From the NCBI GenBank assembly GCA_963797555.1, contig CAWCPV010000005.1, forward strand, positions 32,001 to 96,000: a DNA stretch of 64,000 bases. Direction: 5' to 3'. The stretch is from an uncultured Gammaproteobacteria bacterium (lineage in GTDB: Bacteria > Pseudomonadota > Gammaproteobacteria > CAWCPV01). The position numbers and the translations under genes are program-made. Shown here one piece after another: positions 46,964-56,899 of this stretch. Under the pieces are notes generated by a model that saw only the letters and a list, made by a program, of their open reading frames with translations, was not told where the DNA came from and made no database searches. Position 1 is the first letter of the stretch. Every line of letters starts with the position of its first letter.

Positions 46964-49006
46964 CTAGCCCCCCTGCTGCAGCAGCTTGAACCCGGCCACG
47001 GAACGCCTCAGCTCATTGGCCAGATCTACCAGCTTGCCGATGGACACCGCCGCTTCGTTGCTCCCTGCAGAGGTCTCGGTCGCGATCTCCTGGACGACGT
47101 TCATGGTCTCCGAGATGTTGACCGCCGTCACGGCCTGCTGCTGGGCCGCCGTCGAGATGGTCTCGATGAGGTGTGCCAGCTCGCTCGATACCCCCTCGAT
47201 CTCCTCCAACGCCCCTCCCGCGTTGCGCGCCAGACGTGTCCCCTCGACCACACCGCTGGTGCTCTGCTCCATGGCGAGCACGGCTTCATTGGTGTCGGCC
47301 TGAATGGTCTTCACTAGCACCTCGATCTGCTTGGTCGAGTTACTGACGCGCTCTGCGAGACGTTGCACCTCGTCGGCAACCACGGTGAACCCACGGCCAG
47401 CCTCGCCCGCCATAGCCGCCTGGATCGCCGCGTTGAGGGCCAGGATGTTGGTCTGGTCGGCGATGTCGTCGATGAGCTCCACGATGTCGCCGATCTGTTG
47501 AGAACTCTCACCGAGACGCTTGATGCGCTTGGAGGTTTCCTGGATCTGGTCGCGGATCGTGTCCATGGCCTGAATCGTCTCACGCACGGTCGCGGCCCCT
47601 TTCTTGGCCGTGTCCACCGACTGGTGCGCCACTTTGTTCGACTCGGTCGCGGTCCTCGATACCTGCTCGATCGATACGGCCATCTCGTTCACCGCCGCAC
47701 TCGCACCAGTGCTCTGTTCCGCCTGATTGTTGCTGGCTTCTGCCAAGTGCATCGCAGTGGCCTGGGTAGCCTGCGACGCAGCCGCGACCTCCTGGGAGGT
47801 CTCGTTGATGGTCGTCACCAGGCTGCGGAGTGAATCGATGGCATAGTTGATGGCGTCTGCAATAGCTCCGGTGATATCCTCCGTCACCGTGGCCCGACGC
47901 GTTAGATCGCCTTCGGCGAGACCGCTGATCTCGTCCAGCAAACGCAGGATCGCCTCCTGGTTGCGCCGGTTCTGTTCCGTCGCCCCCCGAAAACGCAACC
48001 GCGCCTCGCGCACCAAGCGATAACCCAGCAGGATGAGGAGCATCAGCACCAGCGCACCCAGTGCGTAACCCATCTGCGCACTCACCGGCCGCTGCGCTTC
48101 GAGTGCGGTGTAAGCGGCGCGCAGGTTCTGCGTCGCCGCGAATAGCTGGTCACTCGTGGCCAGAATATTCCTGGCCGCATCTTGAGCGTCGAACAGGTCT
48201 CCCGACTTTGCCAGCACCTGACCGATGGCCTCGTTGAACTGGGTATACAGCTTGGCCACTTCCTGCAGCTTTTGGAGCGCCTCGGGGTCGGTCACGGCCG
48301 CGATGTGGCGGGCGGGGGTGCCTTGCTGCAGGGCGTCGAGCGCGCGCCCGAACAAGGCGGTGTCGCGACCCACACTCTCGATCACTGTTACGGCCCCTCG
48401 CTCACCACGGATCACCGTCTGCAGATTCTTGCTGATGCGCTCCACCAAGATGAGCTGGCGAGTCGCGAGCGCCACTTGGCGGGCGTCCGCCTTTTTATCG
48501 ATGAGCAGCCGTACCACATCGTCCGACGCCTGGATCAGCTCGGGTGTCGCTTGACCGATGGTCTGAACGAGATTGGGCAACTCCTGCAGGACGGCCGCGC
48601 GGGCCACGATGCGGTCGGCACTTTGCGCGACGGCCTGCCAATCCGAGACCACTGCATCCAGTTGGCTCTTCACGGCCGGAGGCGAAGGCGACAAGCCGGT
48701 CTTCGGGTCGCCTTCCTGGAGGGTCGCCAAGGTCTCCGCAAAACGTCCCCGGGCCTCCTTCAGCCGGTCCAGCGACTCGGTCTTACCGGTAGTCGCATCC
48801 ACGGCAAACTTGGCGATCCGCTGGGACAGCACTGCTTGCTCCCCCGCGAGTCCTATGTAGACGCGATCTTCGGTCGCATGGATGTTGACGTAGGTGAATA
48901 TGCCGGCCATCAGCACGATGCCGAGCACCAGCAACAGGATGATAACAATCAGCCCCTTGTCGGTGCCCTGCCTTTGGGTAAGATCCTTGGAAGTGCTCGC
49001 TGCCAT
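46964..49006 (-). CDS. pilJ: Methyl-accepting chemotaxis protein PilJ
   Basis: Two TMs, NQEAILRLLDEI, IADQTNILALNAAIQA..GRGF. Confidence 0.95.
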   Translation of the reverse strand: MAASTSKDLTQRQGTDKGLIVIILLLVLGIVLMAGIFTYVNIHATEDRVYIGLAGEQAVLSQRIAKFAVDATTGKTESLDRLKEARGRFAETLATLQEGDPKTGLSPSPPAVKSQLDAVVSDWQAVAQSADRIVARAAVLQELPNLVQTIGQATPELIQASDDVVRLLIDKKADARQVALATRQLILVERISKNLQTVIRGERGAVTVIESVGRDTALFGRALDALQQGTPARHIAAVTDPEALQKLQEVAKLYTQFNEAIGQVLAKSGDLFDAQDAARNILATSDQLFAATQNLRAAYTALEAQRPVSAQMGYALGALVLMLLILLGYRLVREARLRFRGATEQNRRNQEAILRLLDEISGLAEGDLTRRATVTEDITGAIADAINYAIDSLRSLVTTINETSQEVAAASQATQATAMHLAEASNNQAEQSTGASAAVNEMAVSIEQVSRTATESNKVAHQSVDTAKKGAATVRETIQAMDTIRDQIQETSKRIKRLGESSQQIGDIVELIDDIADQTNILALNAAIQAAMAGEAGRGFTVVADEVQRLAERVSNSTKQIEVLVKTIQADTNEAVLAMEQSTSGVVEGTRLARNAGGALEEIEGVSSELAHLIETISTAAQQQAVTAVNISETMNVVQEIATETSAGSNEAAVSIGKLVDLANELRRSVAGFKLLQQGG

Positions 49007-49041
49007 GTCTCGACTCCCCCGTCGTTTTCCGACTCTAATCG

Positions 49042-49587
49042 TCACACCACCTGCAGGAAGGCCGGGGTGCGCACCAGCTTGACCATCGTGAAATACCCCC
49101 AGTACTCCCCGCCCTTAACGAAGCCGCCATCGAGATAGTCGCCCAGGGATGCGTGAGACGCAGGCACCCTCGACACCCGGTCTTCGTCGGCGACAAAATG
49201 TCTCAACCCCAAGACCTCATCCACCAAGAGTCCGGCAAATATCTCCCCCGGCTCCACCACCAGTATTCGGGTTTGCTCGGTGAGCGCCGTCTCACCGCGC
49301 CCCAGATAGCCGCCGAGGTCCAGCACCGGCAGGAGGTTACCCCGGACGTTGGAGATCCCTTTGACCCAGGCCGTTGCGCCCGGGACCCGTGTCACGTCGG
49401 GATAGGTCAGCACCTCCCGCACGTCGTCCAGCGCGCTGATCAGCCGGAGATCGCTTATCCGGAAGCCGATGCCAGCCCACATGGTCTTGGCTTCCACCTG
49501 CAGCGGCAAGCCGCGCGCGAACCGCAGCGCGTGGTTCTGCAGCTCGCGGAGTAGATCCAGTGGGCCGACCCGAAGTTGTGCGCTCAT
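49042..49587 (-). CDS. pilI: CheW-like protein PilI
   Basis: WAGIGF, TRVPG, WVKGISNVRGNLLP, LVDEVLG. Confidence 0.92.
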   Translation of the reverse strand: MSAQLRVGPLDLLRELQNHALRFARGLPLQVEAKTMWAGIGFRISDLRLISALDDVREVLTYPDVTRVPGATAWVKGISNVRGNLLPVLDLGGYLGRGETALTEQTRILVVEPGEIFAGLLVDEVLGLRHFVADEDRVSRVPASHASLGDYLDGGFVKGGEYWGYFTMVKLVRTPAFLQVV

Positions 49588-49949
49588 GGCGCGAGCACGG
49601 TCTTGATCTTCGATATCAGATCCTTCTCAGAAACCGGCTTGGTAAGGTAGTCTTTCGCTCCCTGCCGCAAGCCCCAAATCTTGTCGGTGTCCATGCTCTT
49701 ATTGCTCACGATGATCACCGGGACGGACCCCGTCTCGGGGTCCTGACTGAGCTGCCGAGTAGCCTGAAAGCCGCTGATTCCAGGCATCACGACATCCATC
49801 AGGATCAGATCCGGCTTCTCTTGGCGTGCCTTGGCCAACGCCTCTTCACCCGTAGTGGCAACAGCCGTTTGAAAGCCGTTGCGCTCCAGCATGGATTTCA
49901 GGACATGCACGTCGGTTGGGGAGTCATCCACGATCAGTATCAGCGCCAT
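49584..49949 (-). CDS. pilH: Response regulator PilH
   Basis: VDDSPT, MDVVMPG..GFQATR, WGLRQGA. Confidence 0.94.
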   Translation of the reverse strand: MALILIVDDSPTDVHVLKSMLERNGFQTAVATTGEEALAKARQEKPDLILMDVVMPGISGFQATRQLSQDPETGSVPVIIVSNKSMDTDKIWGLRQGAKDYLTKPVSEKDLISKIKTVLAP

Positions 49950-49982
49950 CTCCGCATCCTCAGAAATAGGCCGGATTTGTTC

Positions 49983-50399
49983 TCAATTGGCCACGTCGGG
50001 GTGCGCCTCCGGCACGTAGCGCTTGATAGCACCCAACAGCTCTTCCCTAGAAAACGGCTTAGTCACATAGTCTTCTGCTCCCACCAGCCGACCCCGTGCC
50101 CGGTCGAACAGACCGTCCTTACTGGACAGCATGACGACGGGCGTAGCCTTGAAAGAGCGATTATGCTTGATGAGCGCGCAGGTTTGGTAGCCGTCCAGCC
50201 GTGGCATCATGATGTCGACGAAAATAATGTGCGGCCGGAAATCGACGATCTTGGGCAGCGCCTCGTACCCATCCTCGGCGGTCAGCACCTCATAGCCGGC
50301 CTTGTTCAACAGAGCCTCCGCCGTCCGGCGGATGGTCTTGCTGTCGTCGATCACCAGAACCTTGATCCGCTCAAACGTCTCAGCACCCTGCGTGTCCAT
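49983..50399 (-). CDS. pilG: Response regulator PilG
   Basis: IDDSKTIRRTAE, DIMMPRLDGYQTC, SSKDGLFD. Confidence 0.95.
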   Translation of the reverse strand: MDTQGAETFERIKVLVIDDSKTIRRTAEALLNKAGYEVLTAEDGYEALPKIVDFRPHIIFVDIMMPRLDGYQTCALIKHNRSFKATPVVMLSSKDGLFDRARGRLVGAEDYVTKPFSREELLGAIKRYVPEAHPDVAN

Positions 50400-50878
50400 T
50401 TTCTTTCATCTCGCCCTGCCGGCACGACCACCACGCAGTCGGCGGGCGGGCTGCCGTCGGAAAGGGTTAACTTTATATGCGCCAGGACGCCGCTGTATCA
50501 TGTCCTTGCGCCTCCGCCGAACACCGCGCACTATTGGACTGCCGCCCATGGTCTTTGCTACGTGGCACGAGCACAAGCTCGAACCTACTCCGCACCCATG
50601 GCGGCCTATCCAGCACCCTGCATCGTCAACTACGCCACAACCCGCCGTGTCGCCGTCTACGCCTGTCATCGGCGCGGACCCCGTTGTCCAGCCAACTCGA
50701 CGCCGGCTCCCCGCGGCTCGGGGCCGGTCGTGTTGCCCCCGACCCGTTTGCGGCGACGATTCTCCGCCTATTACGCTCTCACGCGGGTTAATAGCGCATT
50801 CTCGGCAGCGTGTCAAACGGCGCCACTATATTAGAATGAGCGCATAAACCCGTGACAGGACCGCAGTTTCCCCCGACC

Positions 50879-52181
50879 ATGCAGCTAACGGAAGACGATG
50901 CCGTACCCCACCTGACCACCGCCCTAAGTGGGGCGCTGCTGGAATTGGAGCGCCACTTGCTCCAGCACCAGCCGCACATAGAGGCGTGGTTCCGCGAACA
51001 GTGGCTCGAAACGCCGGCACCTTTCTATGCGTCGGTGGACTTGCGGAACGCGGGCTTTAAGGTTGCCCCGGTAGATACGAACCTTTTCCCGGCCGGCTTC
51101 AACAACCTCAACCCCGACTTCATCGTGCTCTGCATTCAGGCCGTGCAGTCTGCCGTCGAGCACGCCTATCCGCGGGCGCGCGGGGTATTGCTGATCCCCG
51201 AGCGGCACACCCGCAACGTCTATTACTGGGAAAGCGTCGCCACTCTCAACGACATCATCACCAAGGCCGGATTCGAGGTACACCTCGGGAACCTTCCTGA
51301 TGACTCCGCGACCAGCGGGGAGCTGTCTCTTCCCTCTGGGCGGATCCTGCGCCTCGATCCGCTGGAGCGCAGCGGCGACACCTTGTGCGTCGAGGATGTG
51401 TCTCCCTGCCTTATCCTGCTCAACAACGACTTGGCCGACGGGGTACCCGCCATTCTCCAGGGCCTGTCTCAGCCAGTCATTCCCGCACTCGGGATGGGCT
51501 GGTGGTCGCGGCTCAAGTCCAAACATTTCGCCCATTACCACGACGTTGCAGAACAGTTCGCCGTGCTGGTGAGCATCGACCCCTGGCACATCGAGCCCCT
51601 GTTCCGCAACTGCGGCGAGATTGATTTCATGAAACGTGAGGGCGAGGACTGCCTGGCGTACTACGTCGAACGTCTTGCTCCAGGCAATTCAGGAGAAATA
51701 TGACGAGTACGGCATCACCCGACGTCCCTTCGTGGTGATGAAAGCCGATGCAGGTACCTATGGCATGGGCATCATGAGCGTGGTCAGCGCCGATCAAGTC
51801 CGCGAACTGAACCGCAAGCAACGTACGAAAATGGCTGCGACCAAGGGCGGCCGCGCGGTCCACAAGGTCATCCTCCAGGAGGGCATCTACACCTTCGAGA
51901 CTTGGGGCGAGAGCCGGGCGGTAGCCGAGCCCGTCGTCTATCTCATCGACCATTACGTCGTGGGAGGCTTCTATCGCGTGCACACCAAACGGGGACCCGA
52001 CGAGAACCTGAATGCTCCGGGCATGCATTTCGAGCCTCTAGCCTTCGCCGGATACTGCACCACACCGGCACCAGACATGGCGCCCGACGCCTGCCCCAAT
52101 CGCTTCTATGCTTACGGTGTGATCGCCCGCCTCGCCTTGTTGGCAGCGGCACGCGAGCAAGCAGACATGGCCCGGCAATGA
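50879..52181 (+). CDS. gshA: Glutamate-cysteine ligase (Acidithiobacillus/TIGR02049-type), frameshifted near 51668
   Basis: VPHLTTAL, SVDLRNAGFK, PVDTNLFPAGFNNL, KADAGTYGMG, NRFYAYGV; upstream of gshB. Confidence 0.9.
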
Positions 52182-53143
52182 GCCTCGGGCTCGGGGTGTT
52201 GATGGACCCTATCGGCTCCATCAACATAAAGAAGGACAGCACCTTCGCGATGCTCCTCGACGCCCAGCGCCGCGGATGGGCAATCTGGTACATGGAGCAG
52301 GAGGACCTGTACCTGCGCGACGGGCAAGCGATCGCCCGCATGCGGCGTTTGGAGGTGCGAGACGAGTCTACAGCGTGGCACTCCTTTCACGGCGACATCG
52401 TGGCGCCGTTGAGCACGCTGCAGGTCGTTCTGATGCGTAAGGATCCCCCGTTCGACACGGAGTATCTGTACACGACGCTTCTCTTGGAGCGGGCGGAAAC
52501 CGATGGCGTGCTCGTGGTCAATAGGCCGCGTGCGCTGCGCGATGCCAACGAGAAGCTCTTCACCTCGTGGTTCCCGCAGTGCTGTACCGCGACGCTGGTG
52601 ACGCACCGTATCGACCAGCTGCGCCACTTTGTGGCGGAGCAAGGAGATGTCATCGTCAAGCCCCTGGACGCGATGGGTGGCATCTCCGTCTTTCGGGTGC
52701 GCCGAGGTGACCCCAACACGAGTGTCATCCTGGAGACGCTGACCGGTTTCGGTCACCGCTTGGTGATGGCCCAGCGTTTCCTGCCCGAGGTCCTCACTCT
52801 CGGCGATAAGCGCATTTTGCTCATCGACGGTGAACCGGTCCCTTATGCGCTCGCACGCGTCCCGGCCGCCGGTGAGGTGCGTGCCAACCTGGCGGCTGGG
52901 GGCGAAGGCAGGGGCGTGCCCTTGAGCTCGCGCGACCTCTGGATCTGCGCCCAGGTAGCGGAAACCTTGCGCAGGAAAGGGTTGATGTTCGTCGGCTTAG
53001 ATGTCATTGGGGACTACCTCACCGAAATCAACGTGACCAGCCCAACCTGTATCCGAGAGCTGGACGCCTTGTATCAGTTAAACATCGGTGGGCTGTTACT
53101 GGACCGCATCGAGGCGAAACTTGCTACCGCGGCCCCATGCTAG
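52178..53143 (+). CDS. gshB: Glutathione synthetase
   Basis: MDPI..KKDST, MRKDPP, ANEK, KPLDAMGG, RANLAAG, EINVTSPT. Confidence 0.96.
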   Translation: MSLGLGVLMDPIGSINIKKDSTFAMLLDAQRRGWAIWYMEQEDLYLRDGQAIARMRRLEVRDESTAWHSFHGDIVAPLSTLQVVLMRKDPPFDTEYLYTTLLLERAETDGVLVVNRPRALRDANEKLFTSWFPQCCTATLVTHRIDQLRHFVAEQGDVIVKPLDAMGGISVFRVRRGDPNTSVILETLTGFGHRLVMAQRFLPEVLTLGDKRILLIDGEPVPYALARVPAAGEVRANLAAGGEGRGVPLSSRDLWICAQVAETLRRKGLMFVGLDVIGDYLTEINVTSPTCIRELDALYQLNIGGLLLDRIEAKLATAAPC

Positions 53144-53147
53144 CGCG

Positions 53148-53360
53148 GGGTACCCCAGCCATTCACCCCAACGCCACCAGAATGGACGGGGCTGCGGACG
53201 CTGTGTTCGTTGCCGGGGCAGTTCGCATCGCCGTTACGGGATCGCGCGCGGAAGGGACGTCCATCACGTCCCGCGGGTGCGTTCTCTGAGGACCATCCCC
53301 GTGGTGAATCCCGAGCTGCCTACCCGCAAACGCTTCGAGGTCGCTACGCCGCCCTCGGCG
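53148..53360 (+). pseudogene. Probable 3' remnant of an ApbE-family FAD:protein FMN transferase
   Basis: Fragments GYP, IHPNATRMDGAADAVFVAG and IARGRDVHHV..NPE..RFEV resemble the ApbE C-terminus as I recall it; no start, frames broken. Confidence 0.45.
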
Positions 53361-53395
53361 CCATTGCCATCCGGTACGCGCGAACGGGCGTCTAA

Positions 53396-54301
53396 GTGAT
53401 CGGAACTGTCCCACGAGACCAGCATTCCGGCCGTATGGTCGCCGCCCTGGTCGCATCGGGAGTGCTGCACGTCCTCATACTTCTGGGAATCGGTTTCCTG
53501 CCGACCATGAGTCCGGCGCCGCAGCGTCCTGAGCCCATGCTGGACGTCCTCCTGGTAACTCCAACAGCGCAGCGGCCTCCGCGAAGGTTCGACTATCTCG
53601 CCCCTCGAAACCAGGAAGCCAGCGACAAGCCGACCGGCCTGGAGCCGCCCCGCGCGCCCGCCTCGCATACGCCGAGCCATGTGGTCAGCCCGGCGCAGGA
53701 AGCAACCGCCGTCCAGGATTCCGAGCCCTCGGACTCCGAAGCGACCCCCCTCAGGGTAGCCAAGTCTTCCACCCCGTCGGCACATCCTCGGGCGCCGACC
53801 GACGCGCCGGTGGTCAGGAACGGGAAGCTTCCGACCCCGACGCCCGAACAGTTGTCGGCCAGCGCGCTGATCGCCCAGAGCCTGGACTTGGCCCAGCTCA
53901 GCGAATCCGTGCAGCAGTCTATCGCTGCATACAACCGCGCGCGTCGAGAGAGGTTCATTTCGGCCAGCACCCGCGAGAGCATTTATGCAGCCTACATGGA
54001 TGCCTGGCGCACCAAGGTCGAGCGCATCGGCAACCTCAACTACCCAGAGGAAGCGCGACGCCAGAGGCTAACGGGGGAGCTGGTACTGGACGTGGCCCTG
54101 AGACCCGACGGCAGCATCCAGTCGGTAACCGTGCTCCGCTCTTCCGGGCTTCCCGTCTTGGACGAGGCAGCACAGCGCATCGTGCAGCTCTCCGCCCCCT
54201 TCGCTCCGTTTCCGGACGAGATCGCCAACGAGACCGACCTGCTCCATATCACCCGCACGTGGCGCTTCGAGCGGGGCAGTCGGTTGGCGAGCGCACCGTG
54301 A
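53396..54301 (+). CDS. TonB-family energy transducer (TonB C-terminal domain)
   Basis: TM with SxxLH, Pro-rich linker, YMDAWRTKVERIGNLNYP, SSG..LDEAA, ITRTW. Confidence 0.88.
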   Translation: MIGTVPRDQHSGRMVAALVASGVLHVLILLGIGFLPTMSPAPQRPEPMLDVLLVTPTAQRPPRRFDYLAPRNQEASDKPTGLEPPRAPASHTPSHVVSPAQEATAVQDSEPSDSEATPLRVAKSSTPSAHPRAPTDAPVVRNGKLPTPTPEQLSASALIAQSLDLAQLSESVQQSIAAYNRARRERFISASTRESIYAAYMDAWRTKVERIGNLNYPEEARRQRLTGELVLDVALRPDGSIQSVTVLRSSGLPVLDEAAQRIVQLSAPFAPFPDEIANETDLLHITRTWRFERGSRLASAP

Positions 54302-54302
54302 C

Positions 54303-54331
54303 TTGTCACACCGGGTCGCCCCTTCCATACT
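54303..54331 (+). promoter_or_regulatory. Sigma70 promoter immediately upstream of yqgE (probably leaderless)
   Basis: TTGTCA-17 bp-CATACT, with ATG beginning 7 nt after the -10 box; no SD. Confidence 0.55.
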
Positions 54332-54337
54332 ATTGAC

Positions 54338-54901
54338 ATGTTCGAGCGGTCCTACCTCAAGAACCAGTTTCTGATCGCCATGCCAACGCTGGCCGACCCT
54401 AATTTCTTTCGCACCGTGACGTACATCTGTGAGCACAACAGCGAGGGAGCCATGGGGGTCGTGGTTAACCGACCGGTTGAGCTTCACCTCGGGGAACTCT
54501 TGGAGCACATGGACATCGGCCATGCCCCCCGCGCGATTGCCGAGCAGTCCGTGTACCTTGGCGGCCCGGTTCAAACCGAACGCGGTTTCGTTCTGCACCG
54601 GCCGATCGGCCACTGGCAGGGTACGCTCGCGATTACCGATGAGGTCGGGCTGACCACCTCGCGCGATATCCTCGAGGCCATGGCTCGTGGCGATGGGCCG
54701 GGGAATGCCCTCGTCGCTCTGGGCTATGCGGGCTGGGGACCGGGCCAGCTTGAGCGGGAGATCGCGGAGAACGCATGGCTGAGCGGTCCAGCCGATCCGG
54801 ACCTGTTCTTCGAGCTACCTCCTGATAACCGCTGGGAGGCCGCCAGCATGCTCCTTGGCATCGATATTCACCGACTCTCCGGGCAAGCAGGGCACGCGTG
54901 A
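54338..54901 (+). CDS. yqgE: YqgE/AlgH family protein
   Basis: FLIAMP..DPNF, GGPV..RGFVLH, GYAGWGPGQLE, AGHA end. Confidence 0.95.
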   Translation: MFERSYLKNQFLIAMPTLADPNFFRTVTYICEHNSEGAMGVVVNRPVELHLGELLEHMDIGHAPRAIAEQSVYLGGPVQTERGFVLHRPIGHWQGTLAITDEVGLTTSRDILEAMARGDGPGNALVALGYAGWGPGQLEREIAENAWLSGPADPDLFFELPPDNRWEAASMLLGIDIHRLSGQAGHA

Positions 54902-55308
54902 CCCCAAGGGGCAACCTCCTCCTCGCATTCGACTTCGGCAAGAAACGCATAGGGGTCGCGGTGGGACAGGCGGTCACCGGTACGGCGACTGCGCTGCGCA
55001 CAGTTCACTGCGTCGGGCACAGACCGGACTGGGACGGCATCGCGGAGATCATCCGGACCTGGTGCCCGGAAGCACTGATAGTCGGGTTGCCGTTGACGCT
55101 GGGAGGCGACGAGCGCGAGATGACCCGTGCCGCCCGCCGCTTCGGTCGGCAATTGGCCGGACGATACGGCCTTCCCGTGCACTGGATCGACGAGCGGCTG
55201 AGTTCCGTTGAGGCGTCCCGACATCTGCGCACGCGGGGCCGGGCCGGGGACATAGATCGGGAAGCGGCCCGGGTGATTCTTCAAACCTGGCTTGACCAGC
55301 GCCGATGA
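54898..55308 (+). CDS. ruvX: Pre-16S rRNA nuclease RuvX/YqgF
   Basis: AFDFGKKRIGVAVG, VGLP, DERLSS, IDREAA. Confidence 0.95.
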   Translation: MTPRGNLLLAFDFGKKRIGVAVGQAVTGTATALRTVHCVGHRPDWDGIAEIIRTWCPEALIVGLPLTLGGDEREMTRAARRFGRQLAGRYGLPVHWIDERLSSVEASRHLRTRGRAGDIDREAARVILQTWLDQRR

Positions 55309-55808
55309 GCCACCTCGATGTCGCGGGCCTGCTCGATGGCATGGCGCGGTCACTGCGCACACTCCTCAAAGCGCGAGATATCCACGACGCTGGGATGCTC
55401 GGGATACATACCGGCGGACTGTGGGTGGCACAGCGACTACACTCCGCCATCGGGCTGGCACAGCCCCTCGGCTGCCTGGACATCTCGTTCTATCGCGACG
55501 ACTTCACGCGCATTGGCCTGCATCCTCAGGTGAAGCCATCCCACATCCCGTTCACCGTCGACGACCGACACATGCTGCTGGTGGACGATGTCCTGCACAC
55601 CGGTCGGACCGTGCGCGCAGCGCTCAACGAGATCTTCGATTACGGCCGGCCCGCGATCGTCGTCCTTGCCGTCCTGGTGGACCGCGGCGGACGCGAGATC
55701 CCCATTCATGCCGACGTGGTCGGGACTCGGATGACCCTGGCACGGGGCGAACAGGTCAAGCTCAACGGCCCCGACCCGCTGACCCTTAACGTCCTCAGGG
55801 TGCCGTGA
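55305..55808 (+). CDS. pyrR: Bifunctional pyrimidine regulator/UPRTase PyrR
   Basis: [37 protein letters not shown]. Confidence 0.94.
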   Translation: MSHLDVAGLLDGMARSLRTLLKARDIHDAGMLGIHTGGLWVAQRLHSAIGLAQPLGCLDISFYRDDFTRIGLHPQVKPSHIPFTVDDRHMLLVDDVLHTGRTVRAALNEIFDYGRPAIVVLAVLVDRGGREIPIHADVVGTRMTLARGEQVKLNGPDPLTLNVLRVP

Positions 55809-56758
55809 CTTCCGCATCGGCGCAACTGGACGCGGCCGGCCGCCTGCGTCACTTTCTGACCGTCGAAGGTCTTGGGCGTGAGCTGTTGACTCAGATTCTG
55901 AACACCGCCGAGTCATTCGCTGGAGTAGCCCGACAGAGTGTAAAAAAGGTGCCCCTGCTGCGCGGCAAGACCATCGTCAACCTCTTCTTCGAGGCCAGTA
56001 CGCGGACGCGCACCACCTTCGAGCTGGCGGCCAAGCGCCTATCGGCCGACGTATTGAACATCCACGTCCCGGCCTCCGCTACGACTAAAGGGGAAAGCCT
56101 CCTGGACACCTTGCGTAATCTGGAGGCGATGCACTGCGACATGTTCGTAGTACGCCACCCGGACAGCGGCGCCGCCCATTTCATTGCCGAGCACGCGGCT
56201 CCCCATGTCGCTGTCATCAACGCCGGCGACGGACGTCATGCCCACCCCACCCAGGCGCTGTTGGACGCCTTTACCCTGAGGCGCCACAAGGCCGATTTCA
56301 GCCAGCTCTGCGTCGCCATCATCGGGGACATCCTGCACTCGAGGGTGGCGCGTTCCCAAATTCACGCCTTCCGTACCCTCGGGGTGCGCGAGCTGCGCGT
56401 CATCGCGCCGAAGACCCTGGTCCCTCCGGGAATCGAAGCGCTGGGCGTGCGCGTCCACTACGATCTCGCCCAGGGCCTTCGCGACGTCAACGTCATTGTG
56501 GCACTGCGCTTACAGCGAGAACGCATGGCCGGGGCGCTCCTGCCCAGCGAACGTGAATACTTCCAGCTTTACGGGCTAACCCGCGAAAGGCTGGCCTCGG
56601 CGCGTTCCGACGCCCTCGTGATGCACCCCGGACCGATCAACCGCGGGGTGGAGATCGCCTCCGACGTGGCCGACGGTCCGCGGTCGGTGATCTTGCAGCA
56701 GGTGAGCGACGGCATCGCCGTGCGTATGGCCGTGATGTCCATGGCGTTGCGGCAATGA
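55805..56758 (+). CDS. pyrB: Aspartate carbamoyltransferase catalytic subunit
   Basis: [33 protein letters not shown]. Confidence 0.97.
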   Translation: MTSASAQLDAAGRLRHFLTVEGLGRELLTQILNTAESFAGVARQSVKKVPLLRGKTIVNLFFEASTRTRTTFELAAKRLSADVLNIHVPASATTKGESLLDTLRNLEAMHCDMFVVRHPDSGAAHFIAEHAAPHVAVINAGDGRHAHPTQALLDAFTLRRHKADFSQLCVAIIGDILHSRVARSQIHAFRTLGVRELRVIAPKTLVPPGIEALGVRVHYDLAQGLRDVNVIVALRLQRERMAGALLPSEREYFQLYGLTRERLASARSDALVMHPGPINRGVEIASDVADGPRSVILQQVSDGIAVRMAVMSMALRQ

Positions 56759-56899
56759 GCGGTGGCATCGGGGTCGCCTGCATTCGAGCCACCGCTGGTC
56801 GCGCTCGCACCGCGCTGGTCCCCCATGGCGCTCCGTCGACGCGCTGCAGTTCCGCCAAGTGGATTGGGGCAGCGGTCTCCGGCCCCCGGCGTGCACCCC

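Noticed and set aside
51636-51703. gshA as two genes or a programmed frameshift
   Set aside because: A single +1 base with no slippery run; same pattern as the other probable read errors.
56759-56899. PyrR-binding attenuator between pyrB and pyrC'
   Set aside because: No PyrR-binding loop consensus and no terminator U-tract seen.
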